A DNA stretch of 64,000 bases from the human T2T-CHM13v2.0 reference genome, Homo sapiens: assembly GCF_009914755.1 (NCBI RefSeq), contig NC_060925.1, one strand, 5' to 3'. The notes beneath the pieces were generated by a model that saw nothing but the letters and a program-made list of their open reading frames with translations, did not search any database and had not been told where the DNA came from. Both the position numbers and the translations under genes were made by a program. This document shows positions 41,275 through 57,826 of this stretch, piece after piece. Position 1 is the stretch's first letter, and every line of letters begins with the position of its first letter.

Positions 41275-42543
41275 CTTGCAGCTTGATTTTTTAAACATCA
41301 GATTTTTTTTTCTTTTTTGATTTTTATTATTATGTGTCTGTCATTCTGCTAGGGGCTTTGCAAATATTGCTTTATTTAATTCATATGGCTATCCTTTGGA
41401 GTAGACAATATTTTTCTACATTATAGGTAAGGAATTTGGAACTTAGGTTCACAGCTTTGGATGTTGGCCTATGGTTAGTGAGGGGTGTAGCCAGGATTCA
41501 AACCCCTGTCTGGCTCTAGGGCCGCTGCAATAAATCATGGTGTTTTATGTACATTCATACACTTAACACTTTGCAACAACCCTAAGAGACAGGGGTAGGT
41601 ATTTAGGGAAACTGGGGCTTCTAACTTGCACAGGATAATGCAATTAGTAAGTGGCTTAGTCGAGATTCAGAGCTAGATCTGTCTCCATAACCCTCACTCA
41701 TTCCAGGATACTGCAGATGCCTATTTTTATGATATGTATAAGTAAAAATTAATTTAAAAAACTACCTTCTTTGAAGGGTCAGCCAGTTAGAACTCTTTTG
41801 TATCTTCTGAATAAGTAAGAAGTGGATGGACATTAGCTGACCGATACATTGATGGCTTTTAACCTTCTATCAGTTGATTTCCATTACCAGGACAAGCAAA
41901 TATAATTTGGAGGGAAAAGAGGGGAGTTTCCATTAAGGATGAATCTTTAAGCCGAAAAGGGCCACAGTGATGAACTCTTCAGAGGACTGCTCTCAGGAGC
42001 AATGGCCCTTCTCCTCTGGGCTCTGCTTGGGGCATTCCTGTTTGTATTTATGGAGACATCTTTTTGAAAGGCAGATGCCAGCTTTGGTGGGGAGAAGGTT
42101 GGAAAACATACAAGCCTTGCTCTAAATTTACTAGCCCCGTGTCTTTGGGCTAGTTTCTGAAGCATGGTGTGCCTCAATTTTATTATTTTAAAAATAAAGA
42201 TAGTAGCAGTATATTTTGGAGTTGTTATGAAGATAATATCAGTTAATAAATGTTAGATTCATTGGACAGTACCAGGCACATAGTTAAAGTGCAGTAAATA
42301 GTAGTTATTGTTGGTATTGGTGTTATTTTATGTTGCAGTACAGACTGGCTTCTTGGTGCATTCACTTTTCTTTAATCAAAAGTGGATGAGTGATTGGGAA
42401 CCTTCATGAGGAAATAGGAACATCATCTTTGCAGCCTGTGGATTGTTCACTGGTTTCCTGTGATCTAATAATTATTTAAGGGTTTCATATTTGAGTCTTT
42501 TCCCTTAATGAGGTACACTTTCAGTTTGGGGAGATTTTATCTA

Positions 42544-42911
42544 TAGGCATACCTTATTTTATTTTGTGTTCCCTTTTATTGTGCTTCACAGATTTTGTTT
42601 TATTTTTTACAAATTGAAAGTTTGTGGCAACCCTATGTCGAGCAAATGTATCAGCACCATTTTTTCCAATAGCATATACTCACTATATGTCCCTGTGTCA
42701 GTATTTTTTAGCAATAAAGTATTTTTAAACTCAGGTATATGCATTATGCTTTAGACATAATGCTGTTGCATGCTTAATGGACTAGAGTATACTGTAAACA
42801 TAACTTTTGTATGCACTGGGGAACCAAAAAATTTCTGACTTGCTTCATTGTACTGTTTGCTTTATTGAGGTGATCTGGAGCTGAAGCCACAATATCACAA
42901 AGGTATGCTTG
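42544..42911. mobile_element. Tigger1-derived internally deleted TcMar DNA transposon
   Basis: Inverted termini TAGGCATACCTT / AAGGTATGCTTG flanked by TA. Internal TACAAATTGAAAGTTTGTGGCAACCCT. Confidence 0.85.
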
Positions 42912-45900
42912 TATTATGCAAATTGCATTGATAGGTGTTAAATCATTTTCCCAATTTTTATTAACCACACATTTGTGATTGGATGTTATGTTTAGTAAAG
43001 ATATTGTGATTTTCTGAGGTACAGCTTTGAGAACAGTATCAGGTCTAACACTCTTGTTTCCAAATTTCCTATGATATGACAAACATAATCACATGCCATC
43101 CAGTGTCACCATGCAGAGTACTAATGTGAAGCCAAAATACTTGGTGTTTTAATTAGCCTTAAAGCAGTTAATGAACTATCTCTGTTAGACATTTTGAAAT
43201 AATAAAAATATCCCATTGTCTTTTATTGCAACCTCAGGGGCTCCTGGAGATTTTGGGATCTTGTGTGGGGAACCACCCATCTAATCCATCCTTGTTTTAA
43301 AGAGAGAAAACCAAAGAAGCAAAGTGACTGGCCCAAGTACCTAGAGCTGGGTCAGGGTTGGGGCCAGAATTCAATCTCTTGACTTTTAGTCAAGTGATTT
43401 TTCCACTATGCTCAGTACTCAAATTATGTATCAATATGTCGGCCCTTGTTTTTTGAGGTCTGAAAAGGGTTAGTGCCAGTCAACAACAGTAGAGGAGTAG
43501 AAAGGGTGTTGGGATGGGAGAGGTGTGGCTATATTTAAAATTTCAATGACAGCAGTGAAAATAATTTGCCTGTGAACCTCTGCCTGTCCCTTTGGACTTC
43601 TTTGTAGTAGTTGAGACAACCCGGCAGGTCTGGTGTCATTAGTGATTCAGAATTGGATTAACCTGGACTGGTGGAGTTACTTTCTCAGAAAAGGGCTTTA
43701 TATTTTAACATTTGTTTCCCTTGACAGTTTGCTTCTTCTCAAGTTTTGGCAGCCTTGAACAAGTGGTTGTCAGGTTTTTATTTTGTTTTGTTTTAAGAAA
43801 AAATTCCAAATTTTATTTTGCCGATTTAGTAAGTTATCCTCTACCTGCCACTCCCTTCTGCTCCCTCTATAATTATTTCTAAGACTTTATTTTTCCATTG
43901 TGGGAACATTATGGAAGGTTTTCTTTTACAGTCTGAGATATTTATAATTATGTGTAAGCACACAGTTTATGGAATATGTAAATGGTCCATATGTTAACTT
44001 AAATACCCTTAAAATATTTTCCAATAATTTAAATCTTTCCATAAAAGTAGCTGAAGCTGCTTATAATAAAAGAGAAGTATACACGAAGGATAGCAGAATT
44101 TGGATGTAGTTAATATAGATAAATATGAATGTCACTTTGGAGGAACTGGAAGTATTTGCATGAATACTGATCAAGTCATGCCTCCTTGTTAATAGAGTGA
44201 ACAAAACAGATGAATGTTTCTGTTTTCATGAAGTTTATGTGACTATCAGTAGCTTCCATATTCTGAGGGTTTATTATGTGACAGATGCTTGGGGACAAAA
44301 GACTTTACTTGTTTCCTTTAGTCCTTAAAATAGATGTTAGGATTCTTGTTTACAGAAAAGTTAAGGAATGTTCATCCAGATCACCTAGCCAGTCAGTGGT
44401 AAAGAACGGTCACTGGAACCCCTCTTTCCTGATCCAAAGCCAACATACTTAACCATAATAAATAATGCCATTGTCTGGTGGAATCCTGTAGTCCCTTAGA
44501 TAGTGTAATTTTGTATTTAATGTAAACATTTTGTGCACTAAACTGACTTACATTTTACTTTTTAAAACAATATTTTAATTCTGAATGAACATTTGCATAA
44601 TAGGAGAATGATCTAAATTGCAAACTTCCATTTTGAAGAGTTGTAGTTCTTTTAAATCTTTTTGTAACTGGGAAGAAGAATGGAATTATGTTTGTTGTAA
44701 TCCAAGGAAAGTTGGTTAGCATTCTTTCCTGTTACTTTTTGATCCCAAAAGAAATTCTTTAGTAGATTAAGACCAGGAATGAATGTGTGGATTTTTTTAA
44801 ATAAAAAATTGAGAGAGATTGCAACTAGCAATTCAGAGCCAGATTTATGTTCAGAAATGTTTGATGCCAGCCGTTTTAGTTACAAATAGCTTTTTCTTGA
44901 CTGTACAGTTGTGTTCTTATGGTACCATTCTGAAAGTGATGTAAGAGACCATGTAAAATGATTGGAATGCCTCAGCATCTGAACAATGCACATAGCCAAT
45001 TATTAAAATTACCCAGTACTAACCTGTCTTGGCTTAGGAACTATGAAATTAACTGTGGGTAGCATTTCTACACATATCATTACAGAACAAGCATAAAGAC
45101 AAGCTTGTTTTTTTCCTTTTCTGTGGATTTGTTTTTTCTTATTACCATATCTTTTGTTACTGAAAACTGGTGGTCATCTGTACTAATAGATAAGAGAAGT
45201 GTGTTTGACACCAATACCTAATCTTAGATTATCCCTGCTATTTTAAAACACAGTCCTTCACCTGCATGCTCAGACATGTGGGTTCTTTCAAACATACTGG
45301 ACTTCCTCCTTAGGTTTTAGTTGTGTTAGTCAATAGTTGAATGTTGAAGGAGAGGATGCCAAGGGATATTAAAGAAGGTAAAAGAGATAAGTGACAGCAA
45401 ACATTATTTATTTTTAATTATCTCTCAGAATGACTTTTAGATACCCTTCCCTACTACCTTTTGATTTTTGCTTTAGCATAGCTGGTGAGTTTTGGAATCA
45501 GAGAGACTGGGCTCTGATTTGTACTAGCTAAGAATATTAGACAAGCCACTTAACTTCTTTAAGTCTCAGTATCCGTATTTATATAATGGGAATAATAGTA
45601 ATATCTAACTTGCAGGATTGTTTGTAAAGATTGAAAGCAACATATTTAATTGTGCTTGCGTGGTTCTGGGCACAGAATAGGCACCCGAGTGTAGGGGCCC
45701 CTGAACTTTAAAGTTCATTACTTTCATGGTAATTCCTCCTTTGGAATATATAGCCTGGGAACATTTGTCTCTAGACCTTGTTTCAGTTTCTTTTAATGAC
45801 TCCCTTTAGGCTCTGCTTCATGGCCAACGCAAGATTATGGATCACCTAAAGAGTAGACTAAAAGTACTATTGTCTAGTAACTTCAAGTTTGTAGGTTAAC

Positions 45901-48207
45901 TCACTGTGAATCAAAAGCTTTTAAAAATCTTTTGTGTGGTCATAGTTTGTAGTGTCTTGTACCTCTCATCTCAGAAGCAATTGATTCATAGAAAAAATTA
46001 TTTAGGATTTCAGATGAAAGATGAAGAACTCTTTCAATAAGAAGGAACTGATTTGGTTGGATTATTTGTTTCTTTCACCCCTGAGTTTTCATGGAAATCA
46101 GGTTTAAAATGTTAGAAGCAGTTGGTTTTCAGCATTGGGAAAGCTTATCTGATCAGGCATGCGAAGTGGCCTATGTCGGATTTCTGAGCTAGGAAAGGCT
46201 AGGGGAGGTTGAGGAGATTATTGTACTTGTAATTCCTGAGCATGGTTGAGACACAAGGAGAGGATTGTGGAAATTGTTTTTAAAAAATTGTTGAAGTTAA
46301 TGCATTCTTGGGTGGATTTGCAAAACAGAACAAAACAAAAAGTTGTTGAAGTTAGTTACACTGGTCTAACAACGTATACTTACCACCCCCATTTGGGCTG
46401 GAGGAATGGATCTAATAATAATATAGGTGTTTGTGATCTAATTTGAATCATGTAATCATTTATCATTTCTGGGTTAGATGGTAAGGATTTTCTGTTTCAC
46501 AGATTTTTAGACTGGGAATTGTGCTATTATAAAATAATATTTTACATTAAATAATGCTATCTAGGTTGTAATCACCTTAATAGACATGATTTATTTGGGC
46601 CACAAATGAACTCTGGTAAGAATGGAGGGCTGGTTACATTATTTTAGTTTTACAGATGAAAATAATCAGTCTCAAATAGCTTAAGGGAATTCCTTTAGAC
46701 CATATGGTTAGTATATGGAAAAGCCAGAGCTAGAACCCAGGTTCTGATTTCCAGAGCAGTTCTTATTTCATGATACCGCATAATTTTATAATGTCCCTAA
46801 ATCCGAATTTCATTTCTCATGATGTGAAAGGATTCTCTTTATTTCTGTTTGGTTAGCTGCATCAGAGCATGACAGAAATGGAGCAGAATTTGAGTATTCT
46901 TTCCCCAGATGGGTCAGTTAGCTTTTCTTAAAGCTATTCTGTGCTTACATTGTTAATCAGTTGTCCCTGGTTCCTAGACAGGATGTTGATCCATGTGAAA
47001 TAGGCAGGAATATGTGTCTGACTCAGCTTAACTCATCACAACTTTCATATGTCCTGCTAGTGGGTCTATAATGTCACCCTCGTTTACAGGCGTTTTTAAT
47101 TTTCTGATGTCTATTTCTTAGTATTTTTCCTCAGCCATTTTTAATGTCTCAAGCCATAGTTCTTCCTGAGTGGCCTGAAGTGATTTTGCTGCTCTTTAAA
47201 GCTTCCTTAAGGTTTTTCAAGAGCGTACAACATAGGCTGCTTCTAAGTGTATTTTTATTTCCTAGCTCTTAGCATTTCTCACCTTATCATTATAACTTTA
47301 AATTTAAACAGAATACAAATTGTGTACACAGATGGGTGTGTCACTATTGCACTGTCACTTATGTAAGTGCAGTTTAGCATTTCTTCTTTCCTTTTAATCA
47401 AAATGAGGAAATAGAAAATGTTTTGTTATGGTAGTTTTACACATACACCCACAAGGAAATGTGTATCTAGAGCCTGTGGGAACTGTGACTGATACATTTC
47501 AGGGAATAAAATGTATGATGGCTAAAATTTTAACTCTGCCAAATGTTCACAGGGAAAGAAAAATTAACAAACTCACATTTTACACTTTATTTTAGCCTAG
47601 TCTCTGCCTTGTTTACATCTATATGATAATGAAGCTATACTTGTCTTTCCACAACAGTGTATTTTATAAGTTGTACCTTTTGTTTAAGGGAGCCTTCTTA
47701 ACAAACTTTCTTTCAGTTGTCCAGTGTACAGAAGCTTACTGGAAGGAGTGGCCAACTAGTTAAAGGTTTGACACCTCAATATCAACAAAATGCCAAGTGG
47801 ATCATTTTGACTCTCACAGCAATCCAACTGGACATTTGACCATGCCCCGTGGTCAGTGGAGAGCTTCTTCTCTGAAGGCCACTTTTGTCTAGCACATCAA
47901 GGCTATACACCTCTTTCACTAAGAAGAATTTGGCACTTTTATGTTGTGAGAGCTGAGATTCACCATTCTCCACCATCCTGAGAAGAGCTTTGATAGAAGG
48001 GCTACTCCTGAGGTACATAGATTATCCAAAATACATACAATTTTTTCATAGAAAATTATATATGTATTATAATTTTTATTCAAGACAGGTTGAAATTAAT
48101 AGATTTCTTACATTCACTGCATTAAAGGAATATTTATGGCTTTGGTAATATTTTAAATTTCAAATTAAAAAATTTGAATATCTGAATTAAGTATCTCTGA
48201 TTTAACT

Positions 48208-48247
48208 CTGTGTGTGTGTGTGCATGTGTGTGTGTGTGTGTGTGTGT
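48208..48247. repeat. Interrupted (TG)n microsatellite
   Basis: Two TG runs separated by CA. Confidence 0.95.
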
Positions 48248-49996
48248 TGGGAGGAGGAATAGACCTTGGAATTGTTTTTTCAAAACTTTTTTTATAATAG
48301 TGCTTAATCTCAGTTGGCAAGGAATAGCTGTCCAGAATGCTGCATAGATCTAGTGAAAAGATTTAGGGAAGTTGTAACTAGTTTAATAACCATCTGTGGA
48401 GTGACATAGATTGACACACCCAATTATACAAGACCTGAGTCTGAGAACTGTTGATGTGCAATCATCCCATCAGCATCTGCTCGTCATTATCAACAACAAT
48501 AATGGCTCAACTATTTCTTTGAGGCCACATGAAAAGACAGTGTACCCATAGCAAAGGATAAGTCAGACCTGAAAAAAACATAGCCCTCTGCATCCCCTTG
48601 TTCCCAAACTTCTTTTTAAACATAACCTTTTGTGAAGTTCTGAAAGAATTCATTTTATGTTTTCTTTTTATTAATTTTTCTTCTTAAATACCATGTCTTT
48701 CTGGCTGAAATCCTTGCCAAAACCAGGAAGGGCCAGTGTACTGTGGGTGATTTTTCTAATTCATTTCTTTGTCATTTGAAGCCTTCTGTGGCTTCATGCT
48801 GCTTTATGTGTGTGTAAATATTCAGTATCTTTTCTAGTTTGCACTTTTGTCACAACTGCTATTAAGCCACCTATGGACACATTCTAATATAAATTATTTT
48901 GGCCACTGTGAGTGGGAGGGAAAGAATCAGTTCACAGGGATAAATTTGCATGTTGAGAAGATAATATATAATAGTTTGCAAAACACTTCTATGTACATTG
49001 TATCTTTTATAGAGACAAGGCCATGTTTTTATTTGTAGAGACTGAGACAGAGACCCCATGAGATCTAATGCAGAGTCACATGACTCCAAAGCCAGGTCTT
49101 CTATCTGCTCTTTGGTATATAACTGGATCATTATTCTGTTGACAGAAATAAGGAATCTTCTTATTTTTCAAAGGCACCCTTTTGCCCTTGGAAGGTATAT
49201 TTAGAAATCCTTTACCAGAGTAGAAAGAAGACAGTTATATTTTCCTGCCTTTTGATAAAAAACAGTGTGTTTTTTTCTAAATCTTGTTGTGTTTGACTAG
49301 AGTCTGATTAAGGTACCTTTTGGGAAATTAAGGTTCTATAGAAATTACTGGGCTCAATCTAGTGATACAAATATGTGTTGTTTGATTTATCAACACATTA
49401 CAAACCTTAACTTTGGAGTTTTAATATCTGGTTATCTTTAATATCTGGTTATCTTCTTTCTGAAGTGTATGTACACAAAATTGATGCTAAATAAGGTCTT
49501 GTTGTTTTGGCAAATAGTGAAATGCAAGGTATTGGTAGATCAGTACTGTTATAACTTTGGTGCAAAGTTGCTGCATGCAGATTGGCTGTGGGACCTTGTT
49601 CATTTTTTGAGAACTAATGTAGAGTTTGAAAAAACACCGTAAGCCTGCATTCCAGAAGTTCTGGTATGGATAGTGTGAGCCCAGGGAATGTGCTTAGATA
49701 AAAGATCATTTAACAAATAGGTTTTGCATTTTTTTAGCAATCAGGCCTTGTGCTGAATATTAGAGTGGTTGTTTCAGAGAGTTTGCAGCAATTAGGCTTT
49801 ATTGGTGCACTAAGGAGAAGCAGAGAGGAGAAGCAATTCTTGGTAACTTCCTTGGAAGTTGCAGCTAACTCTGAAAAGTCTGGGTTGAACTAGGTAAGTA
49901 ACTAATTCCTAGAATCAATAAACTTTGCAGGAGTCCGTTTGATTGTACATGTAGCTCCCTGGAATTGCTATTGGTCCCTAAATCATCAGTTTGTAA

Positions 49997-50178
49997 TGCT
50001 GGTTTTCAAACTTGAGTGCACATCAAGTTTTGGAGGACTTGTTAGAATACAGATTGCTGGGCTCACCCCCAGAGTTTCTGATCTGGTAGGTCTGGAGCGG
50101 GACCTGGTAGATTGCATTTCTAAAAAGCGTCCAGGTAATACTGCTGCTGTTTGGGAAAGTACACTTTGAGAGTCACTG
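49997..50178. mobile_element. MER5A-like MITE
   Basis: GGTTTTCAAACTT...CAGATTGCTGGGCTCACCCCCAGAGTTTCTGAT...ACACTTTGAGAGTCACTG. Confidence 0.8.
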
Positions 50179-50716
50179 GCTTACAGCAATCTCAAGGTGT
50201 TTGGATTTTTGGGCAGGGGTGCTGTGCAGGCGTTGCTGGGATCTCTTCACAGCACCTCCACTGCATAGAGGTGAGCCTCCAGATGTTTTCATTCATTCAA
50301 CTAATATATGTACCTATTGTGTGCTGGGCACTGCTTAAGTTGCGAGGGGATATTGTGAAGAAAGTAAGCAAAACCCCTTTGTTTGTAGAATTTCAGTGAG
50401 CATAGTCCTGGGTTAACCTGACAACAGTCCTACTGTTTATTGATGCTTATAGGTGAGCCTATTTCTCTTTCTAGCTTTCTTCCACTTAATTTACTTTCTT
50501 TTGGAATTCTTGAATTTAATAATAATAATATTGATGTTATTAGTCATCACTATAACTTTTTATTGAGTGTGTATTTTATGTCAGACACAGTGTGGCTAAG
50601 TGCTTTACATACATTATCTCATCTAATCCTTAGAAAAAACCCTGGTGTATTAGTCTTAATTTAAAAGATGTACTTTGGAAAGGTTAGTAGTTTACCCAAG
50701 ATTATGCAGCTAGTTA

Positions 50717-51139
<423 letters not shown>

Positions 51140-51425
51140 TCATGAAACCAATTTGGTAGGTCTCCAACAGCACTTTGGGGGAAAAAAGGGTAGAATAGAG
51201 AGTATCACATAGTATGGACAAGCATTGTTTCTTGAAATTTTTGTTTTTGCTATGCACGTATATATGTGAATATTGAGGTCTGGTACAAGATATATTTCTC
51301 ACTGTAGGTCACAGTAAAACATGTTGGTAAGCTACTATTTTCTTGGCTATGGGACTATATGTCATCTAATCACTTTTTAAAAACAGATTACAAACTGTAG
51401 GCCTTAGAAAGGTAAGTAATTTTTC

Positions 51426-52110
<685 letters not shown>

Positions 52111-55100
52111 TGACTTTTTAGCCCTTGGTCCATTGCTTTATTCTTCACACCATACCACTTCCTTAGAAGTGCACCTGGAAATGCCTGGGAATTGAATTTT
52201 ATCTTTCCACATGATGGCAGATATGCTATGGAACCCTTCAGGGATGTCGGTGAAACCTGAAAAGGGAAGTTGAATCTCAGCCTGCTCTGAGTAGGTGAAA
52301 ATTCTGCCTTGGATCCCCCAAAGTCTGCAGATAAAGATGTGACATTTCTCATGTTCTGCTGTGCTTGAAGGAAAGAGGGTAATAATCTTAACAGTGCCAA
52401 GCTGTAAGCATGTTGCATATATTAACTTGTTTAATTACCAATTATTTTGATACAGCGGCCATGCCTGGGATATGAACTCAGCTGTTTTGAGTGAGAAGGG
52501 GCATCCTACCAGTGTGAGTTAACACTTCTCTGTACTCTCCCCGGTTCCTCATTTTGTTCCTGCTGAGTTCAGAGCTATGTTCCTCATAGCCTGGCTTACC
52601 TGTGGATGTTCTCAGCCTCGTTTTCTTTTGCTAGATCATATATCTTCATTAGGTGGGTGATTTTGGTTTCTGTTACTTTTTCCTTAATATTAGTATATTG
52701 CTGATTTGGATCAGGGGCCAGGCTGTAGATTTTCAGCATGGTGAGGTGATGATACATGTTGGTCCCCCATGCAGAATGCTGCCTCTAGCACTTTAGCCAA
52801 AGGAGCTCTACAGTCTGTCCAGAAGTACTGGGGGACACTGGTAATAACCTGAGAACACTTACAGAGCCTTCCAGAAAGTGCCCTTTCACATCATATAAAC
52901 AGATCATGGGAAGCTGAGGGAATGCAAAGTCAAGGCCTCATTGGAGAGCGGAAAGGAGGCTGAGATTGGTGGAGAGGAGTGGCTGTTACATTCTAATTAG
53001 AAGAATGACATGTGCAGGGCCATGAAGCAACTAAAGATGGGATGAAAAACTTAACTTGTGAATCGCAAAATTTGAGTAGGAAGGAGCTGGAAAGGCCTGG
53101 AAGTGCGAAGTGATTGGCCCTTGGTCAGATGGCTAGAAGATAGAGAGCCAGGCATAGAACCCAGAATCCAGGCCATCATTTTGTGGACTCTTTTATCCTA
53201 ATGACATGTTAGCCAGAGGTGTCTTCCAAAGCACCTGATTATAGGGAAGAATGAATGTCACTTACCCTAGAGTGAGTGAAATAGAGATGCCAGGAAGATA
53301 TACCAGGTTTATCCAGTTTCTTTGCATTTTTCTGGCATACTGTATACTCTTGAGCGCATATGTATCCTACTTTATGAAATCTGGGGGTAAAGCAGGACCC
53401 TTCACACCCTTAAAAAATGTATACCCCAAGAAAAACATTTTTAAAGCATGAACGGTTCCTCAAGTAAATACATATTTATACATTATATAAATGTCTGGCT
53501 ATTAAACCATGTATGCATATGTTAACTCTAAGTAAAGCTTATTATATGTTTTTTAGCCCATAAATATGGAGATGTTTTAAAATTTCTTCCAGTGCCCCAG
53601 TGGATGGTCTTACACCTCCCCTACTTCTGGGGTACACACACCTAATTTTGCAGACCACTGGTCCAGAATGTAAATTGAAGAGTTTAATGTCTAAGATATT
53701 TGTTCTTTTGTTTGTAGCTTATCTTTTACTCCCCACGTTTCAAATATCCGTTTGCAAAATAATTTTTGAGTTAAAATTTTCAATTAAAAAACTGTATCCT
53801 TGAGGTAGAAAAGATAAAGATAGAAGATATATGTGAATTAGGTTGTATCTCTCCTTAAGAGGGAATACTGTTTTTTATCTAAGGAGAACTAACAACCCTC
53901 CCTTTCATTGTCTGGGTTGGTATAAGTAAAAATCCTTGTTTGAAGTTATTAAGCCTTCCCACCCATATGATGATTAGTTTGGTTCATAAGCTAGAGTTAG
54001 GGCTTGGTAAAGGCTCCTTTTTTTTTTTTTTTTTTTGAAGTCTTTCCACCTTAACTAGCAAGTAAGCTAGAAATGACAGAGCAGTAGAAGGGGGAATCTA
54101 CCAGAGTGTCCTACAGGACCTTGTTGAATGCTACTGCTGCATGCAAGGGTTGTGGATTTGGTGTGGGCCTTCTGCAGTATCACCCAAATTTGAGCAGTAC
54201 ATGTAACTAAAAGTAAGAAAAATAAATTAGACAGTTTATTTCATTTCAGACTTTGGAAGCCCAGGACTGTGGGGATTAGCTATTAGCTAAGACAATGATT
54301 CACTGAGCAAATGCAGTGAAAGATTCTTTTGTTACACTGATCATCATTTGTGGAGAGACTCTGAAGAAGGATAAAGCTCTGGCTGCATAGTCAAACCAGA
54401 CCTACTACTCAAGGACATGCATACTAGATATGTAGGTGTTTCCAAATATTTTTTTCAGTTGTGGGGGTACAAATCATTTCAATAGTAGAGTAACTCAGTT
54501 CATTACTGTTACTGGAAAAACAAGTTTAACCAAGCACATATCCTACTGAGGGTGAGTCAACAGTGTCATTTTAACATAAGAAGGACAGTACATGAAGTGA
54601 GTTATTCCAAGTCCTGTGGTTTTCCTACAGCTGAGCAAAGACAGCTGTTCTTTCGGAAGTGGGGCTCTAAAAAGAAGTTGCCCATCTCCTTTCTTTCTTG
54701 ATTATAGCCTTTTAGTTTTCTTTTGGCCTGAGACATTTCAAAAATTCATTTCCTCCTTAGATTTCTATCACCAAATACCCTGAATTTTGATAATTTATTT
54801 ATAGGGTATATTATTTATTATAGACTTATTATAGTTTAAAACTTTAATTTATCTCCCATTTCAAGATCCATGTTTGCTATATGTGTCAGATGATAAAAAT
54901 GCCATAAGGAAAACAGAGGAGTGATCTTTTTTAATATGTCATTATTTTCTATAGTTCTTTAGTGGTATGGACATGGAATAAGGTGGCATTTTGTGGGACA
55001 GTATACCAAACTTAGTGATAAAATTTATACTTTTAATTTTGGAGGACAAAAGTCTTGTATTCTCAGCCTTGTGGATAAGACAGTGCTCTGAGCTGTCTGA

Positions 55101-55940
55101 GGTTTCCTAAATTGGGATTCAACATCATGAAGGGTATGTGTCTGGATAGTTTATTTGTTGGTTTGGGAAGGTGAGTTTTTGTCTTTTTTCCCCCTCTGAG
55201 TTGATTTCTTTAGTTGGAGAGAAGCAGACCAGATGAAGAAAATACTTTATCTCTTATGGCATTTTTGGTTTACCACATTAGTTATGACCCGTCTTCTCTG
55301 AGCAGCAGGCCATGCTTCTCTGTTCAGTAGTTCAGTTTTCACTAACTTAACTGCAGATGTGTTCTTGGAGGGATTTATTTCTAATCAATTGAATTATGGG
55401 TACTTGGATAAAATGATGATGGGTTACCTACTTTTAATAGGGCCGTCATTTTTAAGAGTAAAATCTTGTCAAGATAGGGTATATCATACTTATGATCTGG
55501 TTCCATCTCTAACTCCATAATTTCCTTTTGCTCCTGTGTTGCTACTCTATTATTGAGAAGAGATGGTATCTTGTCAGTGTCAATTTTACAAAGAAAAAAT
55601 TCTAAACAATTTCAGTCATAGGGTAGTTTTTTTTTTTTTCCTGGAGAAATAATGCATAGTGTAGTATGTTGAATCCTAGAGTTGGCAAGTTTTCAAAAGT
55701 GGGGTTCTTTTGTTGTGTAGGTAGGGGTGATGCTAGTCAATGGGTGTTAGTCATTAGGGCATGTGTATGAGTGGTAGTTCTGAGATACAGCATTGGCAGC
55801 CCCTCTTGTCCCTGGTTTTGTTTTTGATAAGCAAGTCCTGGTTTTGTTTTAATAAGCAGGTCATTAGCTGATCTTTCGTGTAAATGTTTTTGATGTGCAT
55901 AGCTGGTATGTGGGTGGTTACCTACCTGAGAATGTTGTAG

Positions 55941-56303
<363 letters not shown>

Positions 56304-56364
56304 GGATATCAGGTTTTTCTAACTGCGTATTTACAGATGTAGTGAGTGAAAGGAATGTTGGGTC

Positions 56365-56530
56365 AGTAGGTAAAAGACTTGTGCTCTGGTCCTGGTTCAG
56401 ACATCTTGATTTGTGTGACTTTGGGCAAGGCCCTTATTTCTTTGAGTTGCAGTTTCTTGTGTAAAATGGTGCTAATACCAATTTACATGCCTCATAGTGT
56501 TGTTGTGGGGATCAAATGAGATCACTGTTT
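56365..56530 (+). mobile_element. MIR SINE
   Basis: TGTGTGACTTTGGGCAAG...CAGTTTCTTGTGTAAAATGG...GGGATCAAATGAGAT. Confidence 0.7.
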
Positions 56531-57826
56531 ATGAGCAGCCTTCTCAGGAGTGAGAAATAGAGGGTTGTGAGCTGACTTTCTGATTTGTTTGGCTGAGGTG
56601 TTCACACAAGCCATAGAATGCTTTGTAGGCTTGGGTGGAGGAATGTAGATGGAAATCAGCTGAAAATCCCTGCCTATTAGAAGCTGAGATGTTAATCCTA
56701 AATATATTCTATGGAGTACTATCAGATGCCTTGCTTTTCTTCATGATGCCCTATTAGCTTCATCTTCAGGTAGCATAGGTGCCTGTTACTCTCATTTTAC
56801 TTGAAGAAACTAACCAGCCAACTGATTTAGGATATGGCTGGCTATCTTCTGGAACTCACATTAGAGTTACTCCTTGAGAGTAAAGTCTTGTATTTTCTGA
56901 AGGTTGCTGCTTTTGGGGTATTTTCCGTGGAGGTGGGTGGGCACACACAAAAACTCACTGTGCTCAAATTTATAAACTTGTTCTTCTTAACAATTTTAAA
57001 GCCAGATTACATTGGATTGGGGGAGGGGAGGATACTAGATTTATTTAGTGTTTTTTAATATAAAACTTTGTATTTGAAACTTTATGTGGTAACATATATT
57101 TAGGCTCATAGCCAAAGTGATTACAATGCATTGGTTTTAATATTTTCAGTGAGGTAATGTGTGCTTTAGTGGGGAGGAGGAGAAATATTATTTAATCACC
57201 AGCACTACACTAATAACCACATTTACTAAATCCTTTGTCCCTTTGCTTGAACTGAGGGTTCCTTGCTTTTATACTGGTTTTCCAAAGGACTTAATCTTGT
57301 TAATGTGATGAGGTGATGATGGGAAGGACATTCCCACTGGGCCCGAAGTGGTGAAACTGGTAAAACTCCCTTTGTAAGTCCCTCTTGTTCAACATGAGTG
57401 TCACTCCCATGTCCCTAAAGTAGAATGGAGTTTTATTGAAGAGAGAATTTTAAGAGTGATAAACAAAAGAGATGGAAATATCTCCTGTGCCAGGTCATTG
57501 TTACCATTAAAGACTAGAATAAACTGTAATTTTGCAGATTTTCTTTTTGTCTTATGGGAAATTAAAGACTTGGTTATCCTCTCTCGGAGGAAGATAGAAA
57601 ACTACTGGGCCTGCTCATTAACAGTTTAGCTTGGCTGACATTTTTCAAGCACTTACCATGGTATTATAGCTGGGCTGAAGCTAGGTGGAGCAGACCTCAC
57701 TTAGGTGTTGCCTAGCTCCAGAATCTGTCTTCTGGTGGAATTCCCTTAGGCTTCCAGACAGGAGTGGCAACAAAGCAGATGAAATGGAAGGTAGGCCAGG
57801 GCATCTGCTCATTCGCTCGCTCGCTT

